Source: Promethearchaeota archaeon
GTDB lineage: Archaea > Asgardarchaeota > Lokiarchaeia > Sigyniarchaeales > SOKP01
DNA: 64,000 bases
Direction of reading: 5' to 3'
NCBI GenBank assembly: GCA_019057865.1
Contig: JAHLWP010000011.1
Span: 6,248 to 70,247 of the forward strand
The translations under genes were made by a program, and so were the position numbers. Below, one piece after another: positions 1 to 9,276 of this stretch (its first letter is position 1; the number at the start of each line of letters is the position of its first letter). The notes beneath the pieces were generated by a model. The model was not told the DNA's origin, did no database searches, and worked only from the letters and a program-made list of their open reading frames with translations.

Positions 1-426
1 TTAGTAATTGACTGGATTATAAAGAAACAATACAATAGGCTTTTGGAAGAAAAAATATTTTTATTTGGCAGAAGCATGGGAGGCGCAATAATATTAACCC
101 ATGGTTATACTGATCATAGAGTGAAGAGGAGCATAGCTCTCTGTACTAGATATGATTATCATACAACTACAGTAAAGTTTCAAGAAGATATTATTAAAAA
201 AATAAGTCCTAAATATTTTTTAAAAAAAGATCCTTTAAATAAAAGAATATTGATCGCGCATTGCAAGGATGATCAAAGAATCCCATTTGAGAATTTTTTT
301 CAAATAAAAAAACAACTTGGATTAAATGATGAAAATGCACTTGAGTTTGATACTGGAGGACATTCTTTTAAAGGTCATCGAGAAGAGATTTTTAAATATT
401 CTCTTGAATTTTTAAAGAAGTTATAA
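1..426 (+). CDS. Alpha/beta hydrolase (5'-partial; frame open from base 1)
   Basis: GRSMGG nucleophile elbow, HCKDD-RIP acid motif, GGH catalytic His; no stop upstream of 43 in this frame. Confidence 0.8.
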   Translation, partial: LVIDWIIKKQYNRLLEEKIFLFGRSMGGAIILTHGYTDHRVKRSIALCTRYDYHTTTVKFQEDIIKKISPKYFLKKDPLNKRILIAHCKDDQRIPFENFFQIKKQLGLNDENALEFDTGGHSFKGHREEIFKYSLEFLKKL

Positions 427-480
427 TAAAGAAAATTATAAATTAAATAATGATGATATAAAATTAAAAGGTGAAATTAG

Positions 481-1383
481 ATGGAAAAGATCTTAATCGT
501 AGGACCCGCATCTCAAATACTTGGAGTAAAAATCGCAAAAGAGTTAGGAATTGAGGCCATAAATACTGAAGTTAAGAAATTTCCAGATGGGGAAAACTAC
601 CTAAGAATTAATATTGAGGATGAAACAATAATAGCTGGAAAAGAAGTTATTATTATTCAATCAACAGGACCTAGTTCGAATAATAATCAAAATGCCAGAT
701 TAATGGAACTTTTTATGATGATTAATTCTGTTAAGCGTATGGGCGCATCAAAAATCATTGTTGTTGTACCCTATCTTGCATACACTCGCCAAGATAAAAT
801 ATTTAGGCCAGGAGAAACTCAATTTGGTAATGTTATTATACATATTATTAATTCCTTAGGCATAGATGAATTTTATACTGTAGATGTTCACGCTCCAGTG
901 ATTTTAGAGAAATGTTCATGTAAAGCAATTAATATTGACTCAATGAAACTTCTGGCAGATAATATAAAAACTCTTGGAGCAGAAGATATCGTTGTAGTAT
1001 CACCTGATAAGGGAGGAATTGAGAGATCAAGAGCTTTTGCAAAATATTTTGGAGAAAGTGTTCCTGTTGACGTGTTCGAGAAAAGTAGAGATGTAAAAAC
1101 GGGTGAAATTAAGATGTCAGGAAAGTTGAGTCTTAAAGGTAAAGATGTTGTTATTGCAGATGATATTATTGCAACAGGTGGTACTATGGCGACAGCAATT
1201 AAATTAGCTAGAGAAAGCGGAGCAAATAGAATTTATGCTGTAGCTACGCATGCATTATTGTTAGAACAAGCTAAATATCGAATATTGAAAGCAGGCGCAG
1301 ATAAAATAATTGGTACTGACTCGATTGATAATGAAGTAAGTACAGTTTCTTTAGCAAAAATAATTGTTGATTATTTAAAATAG
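481..1383 (+). CDS. prs: Ribose-phosphate pyrophosphokinase
   Basis: FPDGE, PYLAYTRQDK, SPDKGG, DDIIATGGT motifs. Confidence 0.96.
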   Translation: MEKILIVGPASQILGVKIAKELGIEAINTEVKKFPDGENYLRINIEDETIIAGKEVIIIQSTGPSSNNNQNARLMELFMMINSVKRMGASKIIVVVPYLAYTRQDKIFRPGETQFGNVIIHIINSLGIDEFYTVDVHAPVILEKCSCKAINIDSMKLLADNIKTLGAEDIVVVSPDKGGIERSRAFAKYFGESVPVDVFEKSRDVKTGEIKMSGKLSLKGKDVVIADDIIATGGTMATAIKLARESGANRIYAVATHALLLEQAKYRILKAGADKIIGTDSIDNEVSTVSLAKIIVDYLK

Positions 1384-1395
1384 AGTATTTTTTCC

Positions 1396-1938
1396 TTAAT
1401 AGTTATGAATTAAATCTAAAACTAATTTTCTAATTCTTTCTTTAAGATCTTCCTTAGTCGAATCATTTTTAATTGTGTAATCTGCATTATTTAAAACCTC
1501 TTCAAGACCAAATTCGATTTCTCTCTTATTTCTATCTTTTAAATCATCAATACTTTTTGGATCATCACTTCGAGCTCTTTCAAAAAGTCTTTTAAACCTT
1601 CTTCTCTCTTCTAGAACTATAGCAATTATAGGAAATTTCCAGTGTTTTCGAAAAACATTTACTTCAGCCATAGATCTCAATCCGTCAATAAAAATAATGT
1701 TATTATTTTGCTTATTTATTAAGTCTACACATTTTTCAGCAATTATATTAGAACCGTATTTTAACCTCAATTCCTTAGCAATTTTGCCTAAATTTTCACT
1801 AGTAGGTTCAAGCTTTCTTTTCTTTGCCTCATTTCTAATAATATCACCCATTATAATGACAGATCCTAAATTTCTTATAGCATCTATCGCTGTACTTTTA
1901 CCAGAACCGGGAAGACCGCAAATAGCTAGTACTTTCAT
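1396..1938 (-). CDS. UPF0200 / CoaE-like P-loop nucleotide kinase
   Basis: GLPGSGKS P-loop, MGDIIR, DGLRS, R-R-SDD motifs of the archaeal COG0237 family. Confidence 0.8.
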   Translation of the reverse strand: MKVLAICGLPGSGKSTAIDAIRNLGSVIIMGDIIRNEAKKRKLEPTSENLGKIAKELRLKYGSNIIAEKCVDLINKQNNNIIFIDGLRSMAEVNVFRKHWKFPIIAIVLEERRRFKRLFERARSDDPKSIDDLKDRNKREIEFGLEEVLNNADYTIKNDSTKEDLKERIRKLVLDLIHNY

Positions 1939-2035
1939 TTTTAAAGAAATTAGACATTAAAACAATTTATATATTAAATCTTTATTTAAATTCTATATAG
2001 AATAAGAAATAAAGTTTTAAAAAAAAAAGGAAATA

Positions 2036-3157
2036 ATGAAAAAGAAAAAGATAGATCCTTATTATTCACCTGCTCATTTGACATATAAAGCATACAGAAA
2101 AATTTGTGGTTATGCTATAAGATATGCAAATGAATATTTAGATGAGAGTAAATGGCGTGAAGTATATGGTATCTTAATAGGATCAATAAAAAATGAAGCT
2201 GAAGTTATAATAAAAGATGCAATTCCAATGGTAGTTGGAGATAGAGCAGGTGTAAAATATGAAAATAAACAATACGTTGATATGGCACAAATTGATGCCT
2301 CAGTCTTTGAAAGATCTATCCAAGATAAAAGAAATGATTTTATAATTGGTTGGTGGCATACACATCCAGGTTTTGGGTTTTTTTATTCTCCAATTGATTG
2401 TATGACTCAATTAGGTTACCAAATCCCGAATCCTTACGCTCTTGGATTAGTCTTTGATCATTGTGAAAGAAAATCAGATTCACATTTTTTAGGAATAGCT
2501 GGGTTAAGATTAAAAGATCCAAATAGAGGTATTTCTTCTACTTATGATCTTATCGAATTGAAATACGAGTTAAAGAAGGAAATAATGCTTAAAAATTCTG
2601 AAAAAGAAATAGATAAAATCAATAAAAACATGAATAAAGTAATAGATGAAGTTAATTATATTGATCAGATACTCCGTAAGAAAGCATTGGCTCAATTACA
2701 AAGAAATTTTGGATTAATTTTAGTACCTAAGGAAGATATTGTAGTGACTGATAATGAACAAGAAGCTGGAGAGGATGAACGTTATCTATATGAGTGGGAT
2801 CCTGCATTTTTCAAAAAATCATATCGAATTCCTAAATTTAGGGAAAAGTTAGAGAAGGTAATATCTGATATTTATGACGAGTTAGATGAATTAATCGAAA
2901 AGAATGAGCTTGAAAAATATAAGTTAAGAAAAGAAAAACTGCAAAAAAAAGTCCAAAATATGTTAAAAAAACCTAATGAATGGTACGAACGATTATTGAA
3001 AGATTTTTCTAAACGGATAGAAGTGATATTTCCCTATTATGACTACTTAGATACTAATGAGAGAAAAATATTCGAATATTTTGAAGAAAGAAGTTCTGAG
3101 TATAATAAAATATTGGAAGAGTTAAATTCTCGAGTAGAACTAAATTTTCTCGCTTAA
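2036..3157 (+). CDS. JAMM/MPN+ (Rpn11/CSN5-like) metalloprotease with helical C-terminal extension
   Basis: EVYGILIG and GWWHTHPGFGFFYSPID (E...HxH-x7-SxxD). Confidence 0.85.
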   Translation: MKKKKIDPYYSPAHLTYKAYRKICGYAIRYANEYLDESKWREVYGILIGSIKNEAEVIIKDAIPMVVGDRAGVKYENKQYVDMAQIDASVFERSIQDKRNDFIIGWWHTHPGFGFFYSPIDCMTQLGYQIPNPYALGLVFDHCERKSDSHFLGIAGLRLKDPNRGISSTYDLIELKYELKKEIMLKNSEKEIDKINKNMNKVIDEVNYIDQILRKKALAQLQRNFGLILVPKEDIVVTDNEQEAGEDERYLYEWDPAFFKKSYRIPKFREKLEKVISDIYDELDELIEKNELEKYKLRKEKLQKKVQNMLKKPNEWYERLLKDFSKRIEVIFPYYDYLDTNERKIFEYFEERSSEYNKILEELNSRVELNFLA

Positions 3158-3373
3158 TTTATTTAAATTAATTTCTTGAAATATCTTAATTAGATATTAA
3201 GAACATTCGACATATTTAGTAATTTTTCAAATCTTATTTTGAAACTTAAATATTTCGAGATCATATATCCAGTTTAAGAATTTAACAAAATTTTATATTA
3301 ATTGGAGTATTAATTGATATATTATACTTCTTTTCAATTAATTAGAAAATATTTTTACCAATGATATTCTATC

Positions 3374-3694
3374 ATGGCAAATGAAACAACACTCATCATA
3401 AAGAATAGAGCTGAAAAAGAAAAAACAATAAAGGATGCGATTTTTGCATTATCGGGTGGGAAAAAAACCCTTTTGATAAAAGGAGAAGGAGAAGAAATTA
3501 GTACAGCCGTAGAAGTTGCAGAAATTCTTAAGCATCGAATGTATCCTAGTGTAGAAATCGCTAATGTGTCTTTAGGAAGCCGCCCATTTTTTAACAAAGG
3601 ACAAAGAGGAAACTACAATAGAAAAAATAGAAATAATAAAAAAGATCTTATTTCTAAAATTGAAATTACGCTTAAAATGAAATCATATATTTAA
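3374..3694 (+). CDS. albA: Alba family DNA/RNA-binding protein
   Basis: IKGEGEEISTAVEVAEILK and ISKIEITL resemble the Alba core. Confidence 0.75.
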   Translation: MANETTLIIKNRAEKEKTIKDAIFALSGGKKTLLIKGEGEEISTAVEVAEILKHRMYPSVEIANVSLGSRPFFNKGQRGNYNRKNRNNKKDLISKIEITLKMKSYI

Positions 3695-3698
3695 TTCC

Positions 3699-3869
3699 AT
3701 GACTTCTAATTTTAAACACTTAGGTCCATTATTAGAAGAAACACGTACTCAAGCAGTTTGTGAGATATGTAAGAATTTTATCTATAAACGTGTTTATTTC
3801 GATGAAAATTCTAAGGAAAAAAGAAAAACTGTCTTTGTTTGCAAAAATTGCTTAAATAATAATAAGTAA
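3699..3869 (+). CDS. Small zinc-ribbon protein, 56 aa (not in ORF track)
   Basis: Manual translation MTSNFKHLGPLLEETRTQAVCEICKNFIYKRVYFDENSKEKRKTVFVCKNCLNNNK; two CxxC; starts 4 nt after the alba stop. Confidence 0.65.
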   Translation: MTSNFKHLGPLLEETRTQAVCEICKNFIYKRVYFDENSKEKRKTVFVCKNCLNNNK

Positions 3870-3888
3870 TAACTTAAAATCTTCTGTT

Positions 3889-4674
3889 TTAACGTTCTTT
3901 AGCTTTTATTTTACTTCTTTTATCAATAAACTTATTCCAATCAAATGCCAGAATGAAAAACATGATGGTAAGTGTAGCTATAAGCATTAAAGCTTCAGTT
4001 ACCACGCTTGAAACATCATTAAGTTCGACTTCAGAAGCAGAAATTCCTAAATTAATCAAAATAGGAAGAAAAACATAAAATAAGGTTGTAAAATTTTTAC
4101 CAATCCATCCAAAAAGAAGACACTTAAAAAAATTTATTTTTTCCTTTGACATTCCTAAAGCTATCCATAGCGGATCATCTGGAATTGGAAGAGCTGCTGC
4201 TATGAATATATATAGATACATACTTTTTGGATGTTCTAAAACTAATCTTCCAAACCCTTGAACATTTTCAAAAGTTTTTGATTCTGATATTGAAGCAATT
4301 TTCTGAGCTCCTCTTCCCAATAAAAAACTTGTAAGTTCACCTAAAGCAGCACCTAGCCCACCAGCGATCCCAAGACCAAAGATTAGTATTAAACCACTAT
4401 GCCCAAATTCTGTGATGATTGAATTTGAAAAGAAAAAGAGTATAAAGGGAAATGGCACAGGAAATCCGATACTAGCACTTCCAAGAAGACAAATAATAAG
4501 GGAGATAAATAGTGCCCAAAAATAATTTGTACCTTCTGTTATATATGCTAATTTTTGTCTTGAATTATTAATAGCATCTTGAAAATCAGGGACAAATAAA
4601 TATAATAATAAGTAAATTATAACGCAAACATAAAATAGTAGAAATACAATTGAAAGTCTTCTCGAAACAGCCAT
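3889..4674 (-). CDS. DedA/VTT (SNARE-associated) family membrane protein
   Basis: Multiple TM helices; GAALGELTSFLLGRG and AALPIPDD motifs. Confidence 0.8.
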   Translation of the reverse strand: MAVSRRLSIVFLLFYVCVIIYLLLYLFVPDFQDAINNSRQKLAYITEGTNYFWALFISLIICLLGSASIGFPVPFPFILFFFSNSIITEFGHSGLILIFGLGIAGGLGAALGELTSFLLGRGAQKIASISESKTFENVQGFGRLVLEHPKSMYLYIFIAAALPIPDDPLWIALGMSKEKINFFKCLLFGWIGKNFTTLFYVFLPILINLGISASEVELNDVSSVVTEALMLIATLTIMFFILAFDWNKFIDKRSKIKAKER

Positions 4675-4700
4675 GTTTAAAACTAAGTTTTTTGTTTAAT

Positions 4701-5087
4701 CTATACTCTAAGAATTTTAGTATTTAATCCATTCCTTGCTTTTAATAATAATTCGAGATTACTCATAACTTTTCCTACTATATTCACCTTATTTGACATT
4801 TCAAGAGCTTCTATAGTTATTATTAATTCATCGTTTTTAGGATTATATACAATATCCCCCTCTTTCACTTCTGAAACTGATTTAGGATTTAGTCCTTTAT
4901 AAATTTCTATACCTGGTAGTGTCCAGTATTTTTTAGAGCCAAAGCTAAATCGTCCACGAAGAATAATAGGCAGTTTATTAATTATAGCGTCTGCAGAAAA
5001 AGGTGCTATATGCCGAATAAGATGACCCTCTAATGCCCCAATACCGAATAATTCGATTTTTATAGGTATTTGTCCTTGATCTGTCAT
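4701..5087 (-). CDS. Cyclophilin-like fold protein
   Basis: AP-SADAIINKLP, EGDIVYNP, VNIVGKV typical of archaeal cyclophilin-like proteins. Confidence 0.65.
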   Translation of the reverse strand: MTDQGQIPIKIELFGIGALEGHLIRHIAPFSADAIINKLPIILRGRFSFGSKKYWTLPGIEIYKGLNPKSVSEVKEGDIVYNPKNDELIITIEALEMSNKVNIVGKVMSNLELLLKARNGLNTKILRV

Positions 5088-5193
5088 ATTTTATAAATAA
5101 AGTAAATACAAATTTATATATTATAGCAAAATGAAAATCATTTTAAACTTCAAAAATTGAGCTTTAAAGTATGAATATTCTTTAAATTTTAAT

Positions 5194-5209
5194 AAAAACA
5201 TTTAAATAG
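5194..5209 (+). promoter_or_regulatory. BRE/TATA box for the putative ncRNA
   Basis: AAAAACA-TTTAAATA with TATA at 5201-5208, ~25 nt upstream of the first base of the 5' closing helix. Confidence 0.5.
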
Positions 5210-5231
5210 TCAAATTGTTATATATTTAATT

Positions 5232-5708
5232 GGATGGATAATAGGTCTAATAATGCATTGGAGTAGTTACATAAAATCAAATCAAATAACGACAAATTTG
5301 TAACAATATTTCTAATGTAATCGTTATTTCCGACAATATTTTTTTATTTGATATCTCAAGGAGTAAATAAATACTCTGTATCTTTTCTAAAGTTATTTCA
5401 TGATGTTCCTATAGTGTCTAATACAGTAGAGCTTAATATAATCATCTAGGCGAGCACTTTAGAGTAGTTTTAATGGATTTACGCTCATATCACTAATGAA
5501 AATAGAGACTCACAGACTTTGTTACTCAAATTCTTGTCGAGCGTGTATTTTTTTTTTTGAAACACGAGACATTAAAACAGAGTCTAACATTAAAAAATGA
5601 GTGCTAAAGAATAGGAGCTTTGATTACAGATTTGGTTCATAGGGTATAATATCGTTAATTCCTTACTTACTACAAATCTGAGTAATATCTGAGTTCCTAT
5701 TGTCCATC
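5232..5708 (+). ncRNA. Candidate large (~480 nt) structured non-coding RNA, family unknown
   Basis: ORF-free; 5233-5245 pairs with 5696-5708 (13 bp, one G-U); nested helices 5467-5475/5570-5578, 5481-5486/5539-5544, 5627-5634/5673-5680; G-U pairs favour + strand; TATA upstream and T12 downstream. Confidence 0.7.
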
Positions 5709-6560
5709 TTTTTTTTTTTTAATATTATAATTAGACAAATCCAATTTAGAATCAATATCAGAAAATTCAAATCTATTATCAATTTCAACGGCAATTATTT
5801 TTTCTCCATTACTAATCATATAATTAATAATTTCCCATATTGTGTTTACTGAGACTTTTCCTTTTAATTTTAAAAACTCACTCACTATTTTGAAATTAAA
5901 TAAGAATACTGGTATTGCTTGCCTTATAAACTCTATATCTTGAAGAACTCTCAAATCTTCTTGTTTAATTGCTCTTAAAAAGGTTTTCGAATTTTTTCTT
6001 TCAATTTGGATAATTGATATGAACTTGGGGGATTTTTGAATAATCTTGTTATGTTTTTCTTTTAAAATATTAACTTTTATTTTTCTGTAAAAAATTATTG
6101 GATATTCTTGAATGAGATTAGAATTATTCATTAGTGTAATAATAAGTTCATTTAGAAGGTTAAACTCAAATATTGTGTCTCCAGGAATTACGAGAAATAG
6201 ATTACTTTTCTTAAAAATCATGTTATTTTTAGTTATAGATAAGAATGAATATAAAGGACCTAACTTATAATCAATACCTGAATCAATAATTAATAATTTA
6301 TCTGTTAGAGATTTTTTTGTTTTTTTAAGTAAAGAAATAAATTCATCAATTTGATATCCTAAATGTCCTTTAATTACTACTATTTGGTTTATTCCTAGCT
6401 TTATAAAATTATTTATGGTATGATGTAAAATCGTATTATTATTTAATGATTTAATTTTTAATAATGGTTTTGGTAAATTTTGAGTGATTTCCTTGAAGCG
6501 TGATGCTTCCCCAGCACACAATACAACCACCTTGACCTTTTCAATTAATGTCTTCATCAT
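5697..6560 (-). CDS. Sugar-phosphate nucleotidyltransferase family protein
   Basis: VLCAGEASRF, LPKPLL, PGDTIF, DIDS; start taken at ATG 6560 to avoid overlap with map. Confidence 0.8.
   Translation of the reverse strand: MMKTLIEKVKVVVLCAGEASRFKEITQNLPKPLLKIKSLNNNTILHHTINNFIKLGINQIVVIKGHLGYQIDEFISLLKKTKKSLTDKLLIIDSGIDYKLGPLYSFLSITKNNMIFKKSNLFLVIPGDTIFEFNLLNELIITLMNNSNLIQEYPIIFYRKIKVNILKEKHNKIIQKSPKFISIIQIERKNSKTFLRAIKQEDLRVLQDIEFIRQAIPVFLFNFKIVSEFLKLKGKVSVNTIWEIINYMISNGEKIIAVEIDNRFEFSDIDSKLDLSNYNIKKKKDGQ
5709..5720 (+). terminator. Oligo-T archaeal terminator (T12)
   Basis: 12 consecutive T immediately after the 3' strand of the closing helix. Confidence 0.55.
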
Positions 6561-6567
6561 CGAAAAA

Positions 6568-7485
6568 TCATTCTTTAGTGGTAACAATTGTATTCCCTTC
6601 CTTATCAATTACTATTGTGTGCTCTTGTTGAGCTACGGGTTCACGAGTTCTTTCTATTAAAATAGTATATTTATCAAGGATTTGTTTTCTTAGAAAATCG
6701 TTAACAATTCTCATTATTCTATTCTTAGGTATTAAATTGTTATTTTCAATCCATCTTGGTGAAAATGGAAGTCGCCTAAAGTTTTTTTCAATTTTATTCA
6801 TATAGTTTTGTAGCTCATAGGGCATATTTTTCTTTACTTTTTTAACAAATCGATATATATAGGCATGATCTCCATTTTCAACTAATCCTTCTCCTGAAGT
6901 TGCAAATGGTTCACATGCAAATGCATCTCCAGATTTTAATATATTGTTATGCCTTTTTTCCAAATAATTTGGTATAAATGGGCCTGCATGGAGATTATAT
7001 TGTTTCAATTCATGACCGCCAAGATTTCTAATTGGTTTTAAGCCATAGCTTTTAATTTTATCTTCAATTGCACCTCCTAACTCATATAATTTTGTACCCG
7101 GCTTAAATAGAGCAATTGCAGCTTCAAGACCTTCTTCTGCCGCATCTATATAATTTTGTAGCTTTGGATCTCCATCAATATTTATTGTAAAAGCAGAATC
7201 TGCTATATAACCGTTAAAGTGAGACCCCAAATCAATTTTTAATAAACCTCTTTCTGGAACAATAGTATCATCATCAATTGGCGGACTATAGTGGGCAGTT
7301 ATCTCATTTAAAGACATATTAATAGGAAAAGACAAATTTGCACCGTTTTTTATAATTTCAGCTTCACATTTATTAGCAATTTCTAAAAACAATGCACCAG
7401 GATGAATAATTTTCCTTGCTAACTTCTTGGCAGCTATTACTGCTTTTCCAGCCTTAATATAATCTTGAATATAATCTTCACTCAT
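6568..7485 (-). CDS. map: Methionine aminopeptidase type II
   Basis: AHYSP, KIDLGSH, DSAFT, GGH, EPFAT, QQEHT. Confidence 0.96.
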   Translation of the reverse strand: MSEDYIQDYIKAGKAVIAAKKLARKIIHPGALFLEIANKCEAEIIKNGANLSFPINMSLNEITAHYSPPIDDDTIVPERGLLKIDLGSHFNGYIADSAFTINIDGDPKLQNYIDAAEEGLEAAIALFKPGTKLYELGGAIEDKIKSYGLKPIRNLGGHELKQYNLHAGPFIPNYLEKRHNNILKSGDAFACEPFATSGEGLVENGDHAYIYRFVKKVKKNMPYELQNYMNKIEKNFRRLPFSPRWIENNNLIPKNRIMRIVNDFLRKQILDKYTILIERTREPVAQQEHTIVIDKEGNTIVTTKE

Positions 7486-7528
7486 AATTTAATTATTTTT
7501 AAGGTTATTAATTTTAGATTTTAAAAAA

Positions 7529-8848
7529 TTAAGGAGTTAAGCGATCTGGAGTCCGCGGATAAAATATTGATTCCCGAATATCATCTAATCCACATAAAAA
7601 AGTGATCCAACGGTCTATCCCTAAGCCAAATCCAGCATGAGGTGGCATTCCAAAATCAAATGCTTTAAGGTGGGACTTAAAAGATATAGGATTTAAGCCT
7701 TTAGATTCAAGCGCAGCAATTAAGTGATCTTTATTATGGACTCGCGTTCCACCTGAAGTTAATTCAAGCCATCCCATTTGTAAGTCGAAAGATTCACTAT
7801 ATGTTGGATTTTTAGAAGGCATAATATAAAATGGCTTTATTATCATTGGCCAGTGAGTAATGTAATAATATTCTGTTAATTCATCCCCTAATTTACGATA
7901 AGCTTCTGTAGATATATCTTCACCCCATTCTATATTTAGACTAAATTTTTTTTCTATTAGTTCAAGGATCTCATCATATTTATATCTGGGAAAAGGAATT
8001 TCAGGAATAATAGTCTTATTCTCCATATTTAGAAATTTTAAAGCAGTAATTTGATTTTCTCTGATATCCTTAATAACGGTATGAACTAGTTCTTCTAATA
8101 CCGTAAGAACATCATACATATTTGAAAACGCTATCTCAACATCTAAAGTAAAAATTTCACATACATGTCGCCTGGTACGACTTTTCTCTGCCCTGAAAGC
8201 TGGGCTAATTTCATAAACCCGTTCGTAAACACCACTAAGTTGTTCTTTGTAAAGTTGAGCAGATTGTGTTAAAAAAGCTTCTTTATCAAAATACATTATC
8301 GGAAATAATTCTGTACCTCCTTCTGTGGCAGAACCAATTATTTTTGGAGTTGTTATTTCAGTGAAATCTCTCTCAATTAGAAATTTTCTAATAGAATTTA
8401 ACACCTGACCTCTAATATCAAAAATTGCTTGATTTCTCTGTGATCTTAAATCTAAAGGTCGATTATTCAATCGCAAATCTAATTCAGATATAGTTTCCCC
8501 TGTCATATCAATAGGAAGTTTTTCAGGGGTTTTATTTAGAATTTTAATATCTGAGGGGATTATCTCGATTCCTCCTGGAGCTTTTTTGAATGTTTTGACT
8601 TTACCTTTAACCATAATGCAATATTGATATCCAAGCTTAGCTTTTTCAAACAGCTCATCGGAAATATCACCTTTTTTTAAAGTAATTTGACGTTCTCCGT
8701 ATTTATCCTGAAGATTTATAAACTTTAAACCACCCAAATCTCGATAATTTCTAACCCATCCACCTAATATAACTTCTTGACCATCTAATTCAGGAGAGAC
8801 GTCTTTAGTATAATGTGTTTTTCTCCAATCACCCAACTCATCCAGCAT
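7529..8848 (-). CDS. aspS: Aspartyl-tRNA synthetase (archaeal type)
   Basis: OB-fold N-terminus, [47 protein letters not shown]. Confidence 0.97.
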   Translation of the reverse strand: MLDELGDWRKTHYTKDVSPELDGQEVILGGWVRNYRDLGGLKFINLQDKYGERQITLKKGDISDELFEKAKLGYQYCIMVKGKVKTFKKAPGGIEIIPSDIKILNKTPEKLPIDMTGETISELDLRLNNRPLDLRSQRNQAIFDIRGQVLNSIRKFLIERDFTEITTPKIIGSATEGGTELFPIMYFDKEAFLTQSAQLYKEQLSGVYERVYEISPAFRAEKSRTRRHVCEIFTLDVEIAFSNMYDVLTVLEELVHTVIKDIRENQITALKFLNMENKTIIPEIPFPRYKYDEILELIEKKFSLNIEWGEDISTEAYRKLGDELTEYYYITHWPMIIKPFYIMPSKNPTYSESFDLQMGWLELTSGGTRVHNKDHLIAALESKGLNPISFKSHLKAFDFGMPPHAGFGLGIDRWITFLCGLDDIRESIFYPRTPDRLTP

Positions 8849-8936
8849 TATTCTGTATCCATTTGTATTTTTTTATAATTAATTTTGCAAAAAGTTGAAT
8901 AAAAATTAAATTTTTGCCATCTTATTAAGTGGTAAT

Positions 8937-9170
8937 ATGGTAAAATTTAATTGGGAAGGCAAAAGAAAAGCTATTAAATTTCTGAATTCACTGGAACATG
9001 AAAAAAAATACGAGTTTAAAGTAATCGAATCAATAATGTCTCCAATAAATGAAAATATTGAGCTGGACTCTAATTTAATTTATCAAAATGTTAAAAAAGA
9101 ATTAAGAAATCTTAAAAAAGAATACAGTTGGGAAAACCAGCTTTATTGGGGAGATAATTATACGAAGTGA
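8937..9170 (+). CDS. Hypothetical protein (island)
   Basis: 77-aa ORF, no recognisable motif. Confidence 0.45.
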   Translation: MVKFNWEGKRKAIKFLNSLEHEKKYEFKVIESIMSPINENIELDSNLIYQNVKKELRNLKKEYSWENQLYWGDNYTK

Positions 9171-9276
9171 TGATTGGGTTCAGGGTTTTGGTAATAATTC
9201 CACCCTACGCTTGAATAAAATTATCGAATTAAGCGATTTGTTTCGCATAAGTAATAGAAATTTTTAAAAATTCTTT

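Noticed and set aside
5481-5587. Group I intron-like core (AGAGACT...AGTCT resembling P7, ACGCTC/GAGCGT as P3)
   Set aside because: Only ~19 nt are available for the P4-P6 domain, J8/7 is too long and there are no flanking exons; resemblance is insufficient
5232-5708. Identification of the structured RNA as RNase P RNA, SRP RNA or tmRNA
   Set aside because: No GAGGAAAGUCC/CR-V, no SRP helix-8 motif, and no tRNA-like ends found on either strand
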